Shown: piece by piece, positions 38,564 through 49,032 of the stretch
How the letters are laid out: each line of letters opens with the position of its first letter
Numbering within the stretch: position 1 is the first letter of the stretch
Source: a virus
Direction: 5' to 3' (one strand)
IMG/VR virus record: IMGVR_UViG_3300045257_000045
Coordinates: 4,092-68,091 of that record
Length of the DNA stretch: 64,000 nucleotides
The notes under the pieces: model-generated
The model's database searches: none
What the model was told of the DNA's origin: nothing
The model's input: the letters and a program-made list of their open reading frames with translations, nothing else
Translations under genes and position numbers: made by a program

Positions 38564-39898
38564 TTAGTTGGTGTTTGGAACCGTGTACGTGGCTTGGCCT
38601 ACCATGCCTTCTTCGTTGTGCCACACGAACGCGTCCGCACTCTGCTGGTTCCCTGTGTACATGTTCTCTGCGTGCCACGCGTCGGGAGGGCAGAGAGCAG
38701 ACGACACGCGAACCTTTACACCGTGCAACTCTGTGACACGCTCCTGGTGCAGGTGCCCGGTGCGGACCTCTCGGAACTTAGTGCGTCCCCACATTTCAGG
38801 CTTTTGCGATGCCATCACCAGGGGGTAGTCCACCTTCTTACCTTTGTGCCCGTGAACCAGCATCAGCATGACCTTGCCCCATTCGTAGAACTTCATTGGG
38901 TTAGGGGAGTTGTTTACTGTGACGTCCAAGCAGTTTTCGAAAGCGCACTCAAGGGAGTCTCCGAGGTGCCACACTGACAGAGTGTCGTGGTTGCCGGGGA
39001 CCATAAGTACATCAACCGGGGCCACTTCTCGCAAGCGCTCTATGGCTCGTGAAATCATCCGACGAGTCTTGACGAACGTCTTCTGGTACCTGCCATCTAC
39101 ATCTTGGGGTGTTCCTCCCGTGGTCAGGCCCGCCTTGCTGTCTGTGTGTAGAAGATCGTTGCCCACCGTGAACAGCACTCGGTCGAAGTCATACGAACTG
39201 GTGCGGCGCAGTAGCGCCGTCAAGGCGTTGTCGAAATCCTGTTGAGCTATGCTTGAGTCGTAGTTCCTACCACCGGTCTCGTCTCCCCAACAGAGTTTCC
39301 CCATGTGCAGATCTGGAATGCTAATCTCCAACAAGTACCCGCCGCGCTCCTGCCTGCGGTTGATTGGCTTGTAGACTCTGGCATCCTTCTTTGCTTCGTC
39401 TTTGAGAGCTTTGATCTCCGACAGAATGGCTACCACCGCAACCTTGCGGCGCAGCCACGCGGTAATGGCGAAGTTCTCTACGGTAACCGGTACCGTAGAC
39501 GGGCGCACCCACTTCGCGTCCTGGAAGGTACGAGTTGAGCGGGGGACACATGACATGTCCCACTTCTTACAGGTCCACTTCTCCACTTCCCACACACTCA
39601 GGTCGATCTCGCAGTGCTCCACTAGAGCCTCAAGAGTGTGTATAGGAGTCTTGGGCATCGTGATGCGCCACGCATCGCCCTCGTGCTCGTGAGTCTCTGG
39701 CGCAGCATCCGACTCTCCCGCGTAGGGCGCGTTAGAGTCTACACCGCCACGCAGCACATCCTGTATCCGTCTTGCCACCTTCTCACTAACGCCACTTACC
39801 TTGCTGATAATGGTCCTGCCGCAAGTCTTGGCGTCGTACCCAGCCGCCTGACACGCGCTTACTACGTGGTTTATTTCCTGTTCTGAAGTTGAGGGCAT
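38564..39898 (-). CDS. Calcineurin-like metallophosphoesterase with N-terminal HTH-like region
   Basis: DLHMG, GNDLLH, PGNHD, HGH, GHLH. Confidence 0.88.
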   Translation of the reverse strand: MPSTSEQEINHVVSACQAAGYDAKTCGRTIISKVSGVSEKVARRIQDVLRGGVDSNAPYAGESDAAPETHEHEGDAWRITMPKTPIHTLEALVEHCEIDLSVWEVEKWTCKKWDMSCVPRSTRTFQDAKWVRPSTVPVTVENFAITAWLRRKVAVVAILSEIKALKDEAKKDARVYKPINRRQERGGYLLEISIPDLHMGKLCWGDETGGRNYDSSIAQQDFDNALTALLRRTSSYDFDRVLFTVGNDLLHTDSKAGLTTGGTPQDVDGRYQKTFVKTRRMISRAIERLREVAPVDVLMVPGNHDTLSVWHLGDSLECAFENCLDVTVNNSPNPMKFYEWGKVMLMLVHGHKGKKVDYPLVMASQKPEMWGRTKFREVRTGHLHQERVTELHGVKVRVSSALCPPDAWHAENMYTGNQQSADAFVWHNEEGMVGQATYTVPNTN

Positions 39899-39991
39899 AT
39901 TTCTCCGAGTGTTTGTAGTTAGAGCGTAAGCTGCACAGTGTGCGGGAGCTTCTTACGCCCAAGTGGCGGATAGAGGATTGCTTATCTACTA

Positions 39992-40021
39992 ATGATAGCA
40001 CACACTTCCCGCGCGTGTCAA
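39992..40021 (-). promoter_or_regulatory. Conserved promoter copy 5
   Basis: On - strand TTGACA-CGCGCGGGAAGTGTGTGC(18)-TATCAT. Confidence 0.85.
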
Positions 40022-40022
40022 G

Positions 40023-40442
40023 CTATTTGATCTTAGCTTTCTTCGCTAGGGTGTCGGTGACTGCCGTGGTGGTCACAATATCCACGTGGTTTTTCTCCAC
40101 GTCGGCTCTGAGCTTGTGGTTCTCATCCCGCATCCTGGACACAGTTGCTTCGGTGCTGGCTTGGCTGCTGCGCGTGCGCTCGTCCACCATGTCTTGGGTG
40201 TGCAGGTTAACCAACTGCTGCGCCGTCAGAGCATTGGCTAGATTCTGCAACCCCGTAGCCAGCGCTTCCGTAGCCGCTACCTGCCGTATCTGCTGCTTCT
40301 CCACTGCTTCCAGTCTAGTAGTCCAGGAGCCGTACTGTACAGCGGCTGACCACACCAGAAGACCAACCGCTCCCCACTGAACAGTTAACGGTACGGTGGG
40401 CAGATTCCACCTTTTGGAAGTAGGTACCGCCTCGTCGCTCAC
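40023..40442 (-). CDS. Single-TM coiled-coil protein
   Basis: Hydrophobic segment followed by heptads. Confidence 0.65.
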   Translation of the reverse strand: MSDEAVPTSKRWNLPTVPLTVQWGAVGLLVWSAAVQYGSWTTRLEAVEKQQIRQVAATEALATGLQNLANALTAQQLVNLHTQDMVDERTRSSQASTEATVSRMRDENHKLRADVEKNHVDIVTTTAVTDTLAKKAKIK

Positions 40443-40762
40443 TTAGCAACTCCGGTAGGTGGTGTGGCCGATTGCTTTGTCACGGTGCCCTTGTTCAGAT
40501 CGATGGCGCACACCTTAGGATCTGGGTCAATACCAGCCGCAACGCAGGTTTCTTTGAATAGGCTTTGCTGGTCTGATCTGACCTTTTCCAACTGCTGCGT
40601 GATGCCTTCCTCTCGCCGCACGAGGTTCTCTAGCTTGGCGAGGCGAAGTTCCTGTTCCGCTGCCTTCAGTTTGGCAGCAAGGTCCGTGGGTGCGTCGCTA
40701 GTCGCAAAGGCCGATGAGACTGTCAGAACCAAAATCATTGTAACGTTGTGAAGTAGTTTCAT
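40439..40762 (-). CDS. Signal-peptide coiled-coil protein (fibre chaperone- or spanin-like)
   Basis: MKLLHNVTMILVLTVSSAFA signal; heptads; directly after the fibre gene. Confidence 0.6.
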   Translation of the reverse strand: MKLLHNVTMILVLTVSSAFATSDAPTDLAAKLKAAEQELRLAKLENLVRREEGITQQLEKVRSDQQSLFKETCVAAGIDPDPKVCAIDLNKGTVTKQSATPPTGVAK

Positions 40763-40777
40763 AAGTAAAACCCTTTC

Positions 40778-43090
40778 TTACTGCCTACAGGTGTAGTCGA
40801 TGCGAAGAAGACCTGTCCCCTGCATGGTCCAAGTCATGTTGTTGGTGCCGATGCTGTTCAACCCGCTAGCCGTTGAGTTGAAGCCTGGGGTAGTCTGCGA
40901 GATGGTGCAGAACGGTACGGTAGAATACGCCGAGCCAAACGTTGTGGTTCCGCTGCCGGTTTGCAGCGACCCGAAACTACACGTCATGGCTCCTCTAACG
41001 TCGTTGCTTCCGCTGACCAACACACAGGCTCCATTGGTGGTGCTGAACCCCATTGCCCCGGAGGTGGTGCTTTTGATGTGGCCGTTTTGGAATACCAGCC
41101 AGACGTTCTGAGATGCGTTGTTGGTGACGCCGAAGGGGGTTGTGGAACCGCCCTGCCACGCACCGTCGAAGATGTTGCTGTGCCGGATTGTGATACCGGC
41201 CCCGGCATTCACGTTGTCGTTCAGAATCAGGACCGATGTCAGCGGGCTACCCCAGTTGTTTCCGGTGATGCTCACGCTGGTCAGACCCGACACGTTACCG
41301 GGCAGAAAATTGATGTTTCCGTTTCCGCTTGAGGCACCGGTTACGGTGAGGAGCCCAGCCAACCCGCTGGCGTCTATGCCGCCGCCCCACACTCGGATGC
41401 CGCCGTTGAACTGCGACACTCCGGTTACCGTTTGGTTTCCTGCGGTCGTTAGACACGTGGCGCAACCGATGGTGCCGCTAGTTGTGAACGTTCCTCCTGT
41501 GACGGGAAACGCAGTCGCTACCGATGTTACCGTGCCACCTCCGGTCGAGCACCCTGTGCAACTGGCGACCGTCAGGTTACCAGAGGCGTCTAACCTAGTG
41601 ACTCCGCTCTGCACGAGACTGCCTGCAATAGACAGTCCACCCTCGACCTGCATGAGAGCGCCGGTTCCGTTGTCCGAGGTGCGCCCTACAAGTGTCTTGC
41701 CGGTCTGAAGAATAACGAAAGAGTGCGAGAGAGCGTTATTCACTACGTCGAACGATGTGGTTGACCCGGCCTGCCACGCACCGTCGTATACACCGTTGTG
41801 AAATATACTGATACCCGACCCAGCGGAGGCTCCTACCTCGTTAAGGATGAGGGATTGTGTTTGCGCGCTTCCGTTGCTTCTTCCGTTGATTTGCACGCTC
41901 GACAGGCCCGCCACGTTACCGGGGGATAGAACGATTTTCCCGCTAGCGGTGCTGGACCCGTTAATGTTGTAGTTACCTTTCAAATTGCTGGCGTCAACCT
42001 GGGGGTTGGTTCCGGCGTACGTAACCGAACCCGTAGTCAGATTGCCTACAGTGTTATTGAGCGAGAAGACACCGCCGCTTGGAATATTTACGGTGTTGAA
42101 GGTCGAGTTGGCGGAGCTGAACCCAACGGATGCATTTATAGTCCCTGCAACATCTAACGCGGTGGAAGGACTGGGGGTGCCAATACCAACCTTGCCATCC
42201 GTCTGAATCCTGACCCTCTCCGCATTGCTGGTGAAGAATGTCATCGGGAGGAACGTCCCAGTCCCAGTAGAGCTAGACGCTATGGCTACATAGTTTCCAG
42301 ATACTGCGGCCATAGAGCCTACCGAAGCGTTGGTGGCTGCGGTTGTGGAGACAAAGGAGTTTGCCGATATGATGGCTCCTGCCAGCGTATTGACATCGCT
42401 AGACCCCAGAGAGCCCACCAAGAGTCTGCCCAGATTGTCGAAGCGACCCACCTCGTTGGGGTTGCGGAAGAACACTATAGCAGGAACCGCACCGGTTCCG
42501 GTTTGGCCTGCCGAGATGAATGCGTGGCCGCTCCCGTCCACAGTCATGCTTAGTACGGATGCGTTCGCTGAGGTGCAGAAGTTGGGAAAGGTGGTGCAGG
42601 TGTTCGAAGCCATCACCAGGGAGCCGCCGAGGATCATGGACCCTACCCCAGCGCTGACGTCGGACGCTGTTAGCCCGATCAGGAATCTATTCGAGGTGTC
42701 GAACCGAGCCAACTCCTGGGGGTTGCGCCAGAATCTAAGAGGAAGCAGCGCTCCGGTGCCGGTCTTCCCCACCGATATGTCTGCTCCTCCGGTGGAGGGC
42801 GTGGCACCCATCGACATCACCGACGAATTGGCGGAAGCATTTGCCGACACGAAGGTGTTGGCTACCATGTCTCCCGGCGAAAGGTGTAGGTCGGTACTCG
42901 GCATCCCCAGCAGCAAGGCTCCAGAATTACCGGAGATCATGATGGGCGCGGGGGTGAATGAAAGGGTCGAGGGGACGTGAATAGATAAGCAGTGCCTAGA
43001 CACTGTCCCCTGCTGGTCACAAAGCTGAATGGCGTTGCTCTGCGCTGATAGAGAGCCCGCGAATAACAAAGATATAATAAGTAGTTTCAT
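40778..43090 (-). CDS. Tail fibre/adhesin-like beta-repeat protein with N-terminal signal peptide
   Basis: ERVRIQTDGKVGIGTPSPSTALDVAG repeat type; C-terminal TFGSAYSTVPFC module; Gly/Ser/Thr/Asn rich. Confidence 0.7.
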   Translation of the reverse strand: MKLLIISLLFAGSLSAQSNAIQLCDQQGTVSRHCLSIHVPSTLSFTPAPIMISGNSGALLLGMPSTDLHLSPGDMVANTFVSANASANSSVMSMGATPSTGGADISVGKTGTGALLPLRFWRNPQELARFDTSNRFLIGLTASDVSAGVGSMILGGSLVMASNTCTTFPNFCTSANASVLSMTVDGSGHAFISAGQTGTGAVPAIVFFRNPNEVGRFDNLGRLLVGSLGSSDVNTLAGAIISANSFVSTTAATNASVGSMAAVSGNYVAIASSSTGTGTFLPMTFFTSNAERVRIQTDGKVGIGTPSPSTALDVAGTINASVGFSSANSTFNTVNIPSGGVFSLNNTVGNLTTGSVTYAGTNPQVDASNLKGNYNINGSSTASGKIVLSPGNVAGLSSVQINGRSNGSAQTQSLILNEVGASAGSGISIFHNGVYDGAWQAGSTTSFDVVNNALSHSFVILQTGKTLVGRTSDNGTGALMQVEGGLSIAGSLVQSGVTRLDASGNLTVASCTGCSTGGGTVTSVATAFPVTGGTFTTSGTIGCATCLTTAGNQTVTGVSQFNGGIRVWGGGIDASGLAGLLTVTGASSGNGNINFLPGNVSGLTSVSITGNNWGSPLTSVLILNDNVNAGAGITIRHSNIFDGAWQGGSTTPFGVTNNASQNVWLVFQNGHIKSTTSGAMGFSTTNGACVLVSGSNDVRGAMTCSFGSLQTGSGTTTFGSAYSTVPFCTISQTTPGFNSTASGLNSIGTNNMTWTMQGTGLLRIDYTCRQ

Positions 43091-44988
43091 TCGGCTTTAA
43101 CTCCAAGTAGCGACCCGGTCAGATACCACTTACCGTCCATTGAGCAGAACATCATCACACACATAGTATTGGGGTCGGATAGATTAGTGGGGTCAATCAC
43201 CGGAGCACCTACTACACCCGATCCGAACGTTGGGATATGCCCACCAACAGAGTCTTGTGCTATCTTGCATATCCACACCGCCCCGTCTCGTGCGGCGGGT
43301 GGGGTGATAGAAGCGTCAGCGGTTAGAACTTGGCTGGTTGGAAACCCTGCCGCCCCGTAGGTTCCACCGGCTGTTAGTGTAGTGGTGTAGATGGCTGGCG
43401 TACCGCGAACGTTATCCCGAGAGATAGGGTACGCCCTAAACTTCATCGGTATGTCGGTCGCCGGTCTAGCCCAGTCTCCGTTGTGCCAAGTAGTAATACC
43501 GTCACGCAGAGTGCAGAACGCTCCACCTTCCGCGTGAAACGTTGTCCCTGAAGAGTCCACAGCGTACTGCACCGTGATCTCGTAACCCACGCAGGTCGGG
43601 TCGCTTGACGGGGTCGTGATAGTACCGTTCCAGCAGTAGGTGATTTGCCCCTGTGGGTTGACGATACCGTCAGATATGGGGCAGACAAACGCCAGAGAAC
43701 CCGTTGTCGGGGCTGGGATCGACACCACCCTCAGCCCAGGAATCCGGCCAGCGGGCAGAGCCCCGAAGTTGACCCTCGAAAACGCCGCCCCACCCCACGC
43801 ATGGGTTTGAAGAACGGACTTGGTGGGGTCGTTCCAGTCGGCTGTGCTGGTCGAGTTACGGCTCTGCAAGTACATCCTGAACTCGCCGTATGTGAAGATT
43901 GATCCCAGCGGGTTGTAGTCGAACTCCAGGCCGTCCGTAGTGCGTACAGAACCTGCCTGGACAACGTCCCCCATCGGATCGTTTGGGCCATTCAAGATGA
44001 CCTCTGTGCCGCCCTGGTTCGCAGGAGCAGCGATGCCCGTGGCGTCCGTACACTTGAACGTGAAGCGCATGAACGCCGCGTTTATGTCGGTCGGGTCTGT
44101 CCAACTCCAGCCTGGGATATTCACGTACTGTGTGCCGTCAGACCTAAACGCATTGTAAGGGGCTGCGCTTCCGTCTCCAGCGGGTATGACGGCTGTAGTC
44201 ACCGCTGTCGCGGAAGGCAGAGCAAGCCCTTGCACCGTAAACCCAGCACTAGTAAAGCCGCCAGCCGGTAGAGACGACGCCGGTATAGGCGGGAACTGGT
44301 AAGGGTGCGCCCCGGTCATCACGTAGGACTTCCAGGTCTGGTTCTGCCCAGGTGTCAGCCTTCGAACAGGTATGACCTGCCCAGGGGCATCTATTCGGTA
44401 CCACGCGTCCCCTTGGAACGTTGCTCCGTTGTCGAAACTCAGCCAATGGGTCACAAGCTGAGGAACTTGGTTACCGTTCAGGGTAACAACCATGTCAGCC
44501 TGTGACGTCACTAAGCGAGTGGCCAAGTTCGCCGGGTCGATGCTGCGCGCTCCTGTGTTCTCGGAGATGGCTACCGCCGTTACAAAGGAGCCTTGCACAT
44601 TGACGCCGCTGATGTGGAAGGGACCTGGAGTCTCTACCCCGTCCTCGTTGATGCACGTGAAGTCTAACTGCCAGCCGTTCGTAGCACTGGCCGTCTGGAC
44701 AAACGTTCCAACGCTGTAGTCCACAGAAGTTCCTGTGGCAGGTACCGATACGAGCACGCTTGCTTGATCTCTGCCCCTACCTACATCGACCCGGATGGCT
44801 TGGAAGTGGGCGTACGGGGCACCGCTTCCAGGGAGCTGGATGGTGCCCGCGAAGCCGAACGCTGAATTGAGGCTGTCTAGTTTATACGCTGGGGCAGCGG
44901 TGGCGCTGGTGATATTAGGCGCAAGAGGATTAGCAGTGCTGGTGTTGGCGGCAGTGCTCGTGAACGATTTAGCTAGACCCTTACCCAT
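43087..44988 (-). CDS. Minor tail protein
   Basis: 633-aa beta-rich ORF in the tail tip cluster. Confidence 0.65.
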   Translation of the reverse strand: MGKGLAKSFTSTAANTSTANPLAPNITSATAAPAYKLDSLNSAFGFAGTIQLPGSGAPYAHFQAIRVDVGRGRDQASVLVSVPATGTSVDYSVGTFVQTASATNGWQLDFTCINEDGVETPGPFHISGVNVQGSFVTAVAISENTGARSIDPANLATRLVTSQADMVVTLNGNQVPQLVTHWLSFDNGATFQGDAWYRIDAPGQVIPVRRLTPGQNQTWKSYVMTGAHPYQFPPIPASSLPAGGFTSAGFTVQGLALPSATAVTTAVIPAGDGSAAPYNAFRSDGTQYVNIPGWSWTDPTDINAAFMRFTFKCTDATGIAAPANQGGTEVILNGPNDPMGDVVQAGSVRTTDGLEFDYNPLGSIFTYGEFRMYLQSRNSTSTADWNDPTKSVLQTHAWGGAAFSRVNFGALPAGRIPGLRVVSIPAPTTGSLAFVCPISDGIVNPQGQITYCWNGTITTPSSDPTCVGYEITVQYAVDSSGTTFHAEGGAFCTLRDGITTWHNGDWARPATDIPMKFRAYPISRDNVRGTPAIYTTTLTAGGTYGAAGFPTSQVLTADASITPPAARDGAVWICKIAQDSVGGHIPTFGSGVVGAPVIDPTNLSDPNTMCVMMFCSMDGKWYLTGSLLGVKAE

Positions 44989-45001
44989 GTGTGTTTATCC
45001 T

Positions 45002-48000
45002 TTACGCTGTGCCGCTGAACTCTTGCCCGGTCCATTGCTTCGAGAACACCCACGAGGATGCTCCGCTGTACGTGTCCCCTGAACCCGCGTTAACCGTGGC
45101 GTCATGCACCCCTCCTGAATCCGCTGAACCCAGCGTGACCAGGACGCAACTGATGGTCTGCCCCACGAACGAACCGGTGGGAGGCAGAGTCACTGTGATG
45201 GCCCCCGCAATCGTGTCCATCTCCACAATCAAATCCGTACCGTCTGCTGGAGCCACCAGGGTGGAATCCGTGGTCACGCGAATGATCGTCGGCAGAGTAG
45301 GAATCGGGATCAACGGTGCCGGGAAGGCCACATGCACCGCAGCGGAGTACCGGGACAAGGGTCCGTACGGAGTCGCGTTGGTCTTCGAATAGCTTCTCTC
45401 CGTCACGGTCCCTTGCTCTACAGACCAGCGACTCGTCTGCACAGTCTGCGCTGTTGTAGACGCTAGGCTGAGGGTTCCACTGGTCAAAGCGGATACGGAG
45501 ACCCTTTGCCAGTTACCGGAAAGAACTACGGTCCTCGTTGTGCTACCTAGCGAGACCGTCACGCTATGCCCGACCACTCCCTTGACGTCCAGGCTGAAGC
45601 AAGCCCCGGCACTCGTTGTAGGGCACGCTGTCGTTAGCGAACCGGCTCCTGAGAATACCAGCTTGGCTACCTGCGACAGGTTACCGGACATGTTGGTGGA
45701 CATTGGCCTCGTTACGGCGACGCCCGTGGCGGTGTACTGGCTGTTGGTCTGGTCCTCCGAAAAGGTCAGAAGGTTACCGGGTGCTACCTGCCGAATGAAG
45801 AAGATCTGCCCACGCAAGGATCGAGGCACAGAGAACAGCCTGGAGGTGGTGCGCGTCACTAGGTTGCGTCCGTCGTCAGCTCCCCAAGAGTCGTCTGTGT
45901 AACGGACCTCGAATCCGACCCCTCCTGTTGGGAGAGACTGACCGGTGTCCATGTAGATCAGGCTGTTGTCCCAGCTCAGAATGTTTGGCTGGGTCACGTC
46001 TCCTGCGTAGTTCAAGCCAACCGCCGACACGTCGATGAATGCGGGGCTGGAAGCATCTGTGTTTACCTGGAACGCGCCCACCGGCTTCTGTATGGCGTCG
46101 AGAAGGATCTGGATGTGATCCGGTCTACCGAAGGTGATTGTGTGGATGAAACTCTCCGGTGTCCGATTGTCCAGCGTCGTCACGACTTCATTGATCTCCT
46201 CTGCCTGTACATCGGCCATGTTGGACAGATTCATGAACTTCAGAATGCTGCCGCCGCGAGGTTCGTTCGCCAGGAACTCTGAGCGTTGTACGTACGTCCC
46301 CTTGTAATGCGTGTAGGAGTTCTCGGCCACCAGGGCAGACGCGGCCAACTCGCACTCGGCGGCGGAGCGTGGGCGCGGGGTAAGGTCGCTACGCACCACT
46401 GAGCGAACTCCGTTGTCTCCCCAGGCCGAGGCTTCAGTGGCTACGCTGGCGAGGTTGGAGACCCTACCAAGCGCGGCTCCTGCGCTGCGGTAGGACAGTC
46501 TGACCAACTGGCCGACAGGCGGGATGTTGGAGGTTCTTGTAACCGAGTCCTTGAAGAACACCAACTGGCCTTGACCGGAGTTGTATTGAGGTGCGCCGGT
46601 ATAGGTGCTGGTGGTGGTCGAACCGCCGTTGGGCTGAATGATAGTGGCGACGGGGGCTTGCCCGTCGATAGCGTCTATCTCGTTTGGCCCAACGAGTTGA
46701 AGTTGCCAAGCTGTCGTGATAGCCAGCTCGTCCACGTAGCACGCAGCCAGCGTCGTCGCAGAGTCCAGGTAGACCTTGATGGCCAAGTCTGACGGAACTG
46801 CGTTCAGAGGGGCGATAAGCACACCGCTGAAGCTGGTGAACTCGTCCTGAGAAATGGCCGACACTGGAATGGTTAGCCCAGTCTCCGCCACACCTGTGCC
46901 GCTGATCGTGATTTTCAGGTTACCGGCGAAGAGGGTGCCGTCCTTGCGGAGTAGAGCCCTTACGTTGTAGCTGGTGCCCACCTTCATGGACCCAGCCGGA
47001 ACGAACTGGGCGACGTAGGGAATGTCCGTGCCAAAGTTGATGAGCTGTAGGGCGCTTCCCTCCGCTACGTGGGTCGTGGTCTCTGAGACGCCCGAGGCGC
47101 TCTCGCCTGTCCAGCCGCTGGCATACACACCATCCGCCCACAGATCGAAGTCTGAATTCAGCATGGGGACTGTTTCGGACGTCGCCAGGGATGCCGACAA
47201 CGGCGTGCTTACCGTGATACCGGTGACCGTGGCGTGCAGGGAATCAGAGATCAACGGAACGTATGTGGCATAGGTGTCATTCGTGCCGGTCAGCGCGCAG
47301 GTATTGGACCACACCGTTGAGGCTGTGACCAGCCCTGTGATGGGGTCGATCTCGGTAATAGTAGTCTGCCATGTGACCGTGTCCGCTCCGCTGGACGCCA
47401 GGGCAACGCTATGGATTGCTCCCGTAGCGTCTATGTAGCTATACGGCTGAGACGTACGGTTCATCTTGCTGAACGACGCTATGGTACGAATGACGTAGCG
47501 CTTGGTGGTGCTGACGGTCATTGTTTGTGAGCCGTCGCCAGTACCGTTGGCAATCGGGTGCAGGGTACCGCCGTTGGAGACAATGCCGTACAGGCAACCA
47601 GCGAACAACGAGTTAGGAGCTTGAACCCAGAGGCTTCCGATTACACCGCCGCCGCCCAGGAAGTCCCACTCCCCGTGGGTGAAGCGAAGGTGCCCTTCCA
47701 TTGGGATGGAGCTGATGGACTGGATGCTGACGTCGTACGACTGGTCCCCGCTGCCGCCTAGAGAGTTTAGGTAGCCGTTGTTCAGTTGCAGGAACTGGTT
47801 GACATGATCGAAGACTACCCACTTGCTGGTGTCGATGGTGGACCCGCTGAACATCTCGTCAATCAGCAACGAGCTGTCTGCGCCGAACACGCTGTCGATG
47901 AGCTGGAAGGAAGACTCCAGGCCGGTCCCCAGGAAGTACTCTTGGACATAGCGCTGCGGTTCGATATCCCCAACCACTGTCACGTCGTTGATTAGCGGCG

Positions 48001-48655
48001 TAGTGTCTACCGTGATATCCAGGGCGGCGGGCGTGAAGTTGCGGTTGTTACCGTCCAGTATGGTACTGCGGAATGTCCCGTGATCCTGCGGCTTGAAGAA
48101 GAGCTTCATGTCGTTGCCGTAGAACACGTAGCTGGCTGCGTCGCACAGATCCTTCTGCACGTCGAAGAAGCTCTTGGTGGGGTCGATGTAGTACTGCGCC
48201 ACGAGAGGGCCGTCCATCACGCCGGTCACGTCGAACGCAGTACCGGACAGTCTGGTGATGAGCGTCTTGAGGATCGTTCCCATCGGGACGTTGAAGAACG
48301 GGCGCACTAGGCCAAGCGGATTGAGGCTTAGTCGGTAGTCGTCGGCGCTGGCGTGGTAGATGTACCCCCACACCGGCACTCCGTTCTTGGAACCGATGAT
48401 CTTCAGATCCGGTTCATTGGTGATGAACCCCGTGAACCATTTGGGGTAGGTCGCAGAGTCTACAGTAATGTAGGCACCTCGGTGCAGCTTCACGAACGCT
48501 GTGTCGTAGGGGACCAGGGCGAAGTCCAACAGGACGGTGTCTCCCTTGCGGTCTGTCTTGGTAACAGCAGAACCGTCCAGCCACAAGTACTTGGTCAGGT
48601 CCATGCCTGTGGCCCCTACTTGCGTGGTCGTGAATGTGACTGTCGGTGCGGGCAT
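45002..48655 (-). CDS. Large tail tip/hub protein with CBM-like inserts
   Basis: 1217 aa just downstream of the tape measure; LNSDFDLW...YVDEL and NLLTFSE...SGNWQRVSV carbohydrate-binding-like modules. Confidence 0.7.
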   Translation of the reverse strand: MPAPTVTFTTTQVGATGMDLTKYLWLDGSAVTKTDRKGDTVLLDFALVPYDTAFVKLHRGAYITVDSATYPKWFTGFITNEPDLKIIGSKNGVPVWGYIYHASADDYRLSLNPLGLVRPFFNVPMGTILKTLITRLSGTAFDVTGVMDGPLVAQYYIDPTKSFFDVQKDLCDAASYVFYGNDMKLFFKPQDHGTFRSTILDGNNRNFTPAALDITVDTTPLINDVTVVGDIEPQRYVQEYFLGTGLESSFQLIDSVFGADSSLLIDEMFSGSTIDTSKWVVFDHVNQFLQLNNGYLNSLGGSGDQSYDVSIQSISSIPMEGHLRFTHGEWDFLGGGGVIGSLWVQAPNSLFAGCLYGIVSNGGTLHPIANGTGDGSQTMTVSTTKRYVIRTIASFSKMNRTSQPYSYIDATGAIHSVALASSGADTVTWQTTITEIDPITGLVTASTVWSNTCALTGTNDTYATYVPLISDSLHATVTGITVSTPLSASLATSETVPMLNSDFDLWADGVYASGWTGESASGVSETTTHVAEGSALQLINFGTDIPYVAQFVPAGSMKVGTSYNVRALLRKDGTLFAGNLKITISGTGVAETGLTIPVSAISQDEFTSFSGVLIAPLNAVPSDLAIKVYLDSATTLAACYVDELAITTAWQLQLVGPNEIDAIDGQAPVATIIQPNGGSTTTSTYTGAPQYNSGQGQLVFFKDSVTRTSNIPPVGQLVRLSYRSAGAALGRVSNLASVATEASAWGDNGVRSVVRSDLTPRPRSAAECELAASALVAENSYTHYKGTYVQRSEFLANEPRGGSILKFMNLSNMADVQAEEINEVVTTLDNRTPESFIHTITFGRPDHIQILLDAIQKPVGAFQVNTDASSPAFIDVSAVGLNYAGDVTQPNILSWDNSLIYMDTGQSLPTGGVGFEVRYTDDSWGADDGRNLVTRTTSRLFSVPRSLRGQIFFIRQVAPGNLLTFSEDQTNSQYTATGVAVTRPMSTNMSGNLSQVAKLVFSGAGSLTTACPTTSAGACFSLDVKGVVGHSVTVSLGSTTRTVVLSGNWQRVSVSALTSGTLSLASTTAQTVQTSRWSVEQGTVTERSYSKTNATPYGPLSRYSAAVHVAFPAPLIPIPTLPTIIRVTTDSTLVAPADGTDLIVEMDTIAGAITVTLPPTGSFVGQTISCVLVTLGSADSGGVHDATVNAGSGDTYSGASSWVFSKQWTGQEFSGTA

Positions 48656-48660
48656 AGTGT

Positions 48661-49032
48661 CTACTCCAGTGCTCTCAAGACTTTGTGAATTGCGGCGGCG
48701 CGTTCCCGCCCAATGACATCAAGCAGCTTCTCGCGCTTGACATCGTTCCCCGTAGTTAATGTCATCAGCGCCAGGAGAAGATCGAACAGAAGCGGAGAGT
48801 ACTCGACGTTGCGGAAGCTAAGACAACTCAACGTCAAGGTAAAGCCGAGCGCATCCCGCACGCTGGAGGTGAGGAACTTGCTGCGGTTGAGATCACAGTT
48901 CTGGAGTGTGAGCCCCTTCAACTTGTCGAACTCACACTCGTAGAAGAGAGCATTGTCCTGGAGACCGGTTAGATCCCGGCAGTCCTTTCTAATACTCTCT
49001 TTGGTAAAGTTGCGTAGTCGTTCAAACATCAC
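48661..49032 (-). CDS. Short pentapeptide-repeat-like protein
   Basis: LFYECEFDKLKGLTLQNCDLNRSKF periodicity. Confidence 0.5.
   Translation of the reverse strand: MMFERLRNFTKESIRKDCRDLTGLQDNALFYECEFDKLKGLTLQNCDLNRSKFLTSSVRDALGFTLTLSCLSFRNVEYSPLLFDLLLALMTLTTGNDVKREKLLDVIGRERAAAIHKVLRALE

Noticed and set aside
40778-43090. Diversity-generating retroelement target
   Set aside because: Repeats are diverged at protein level rather than adenine-specific; no reverse transcriptase in the window
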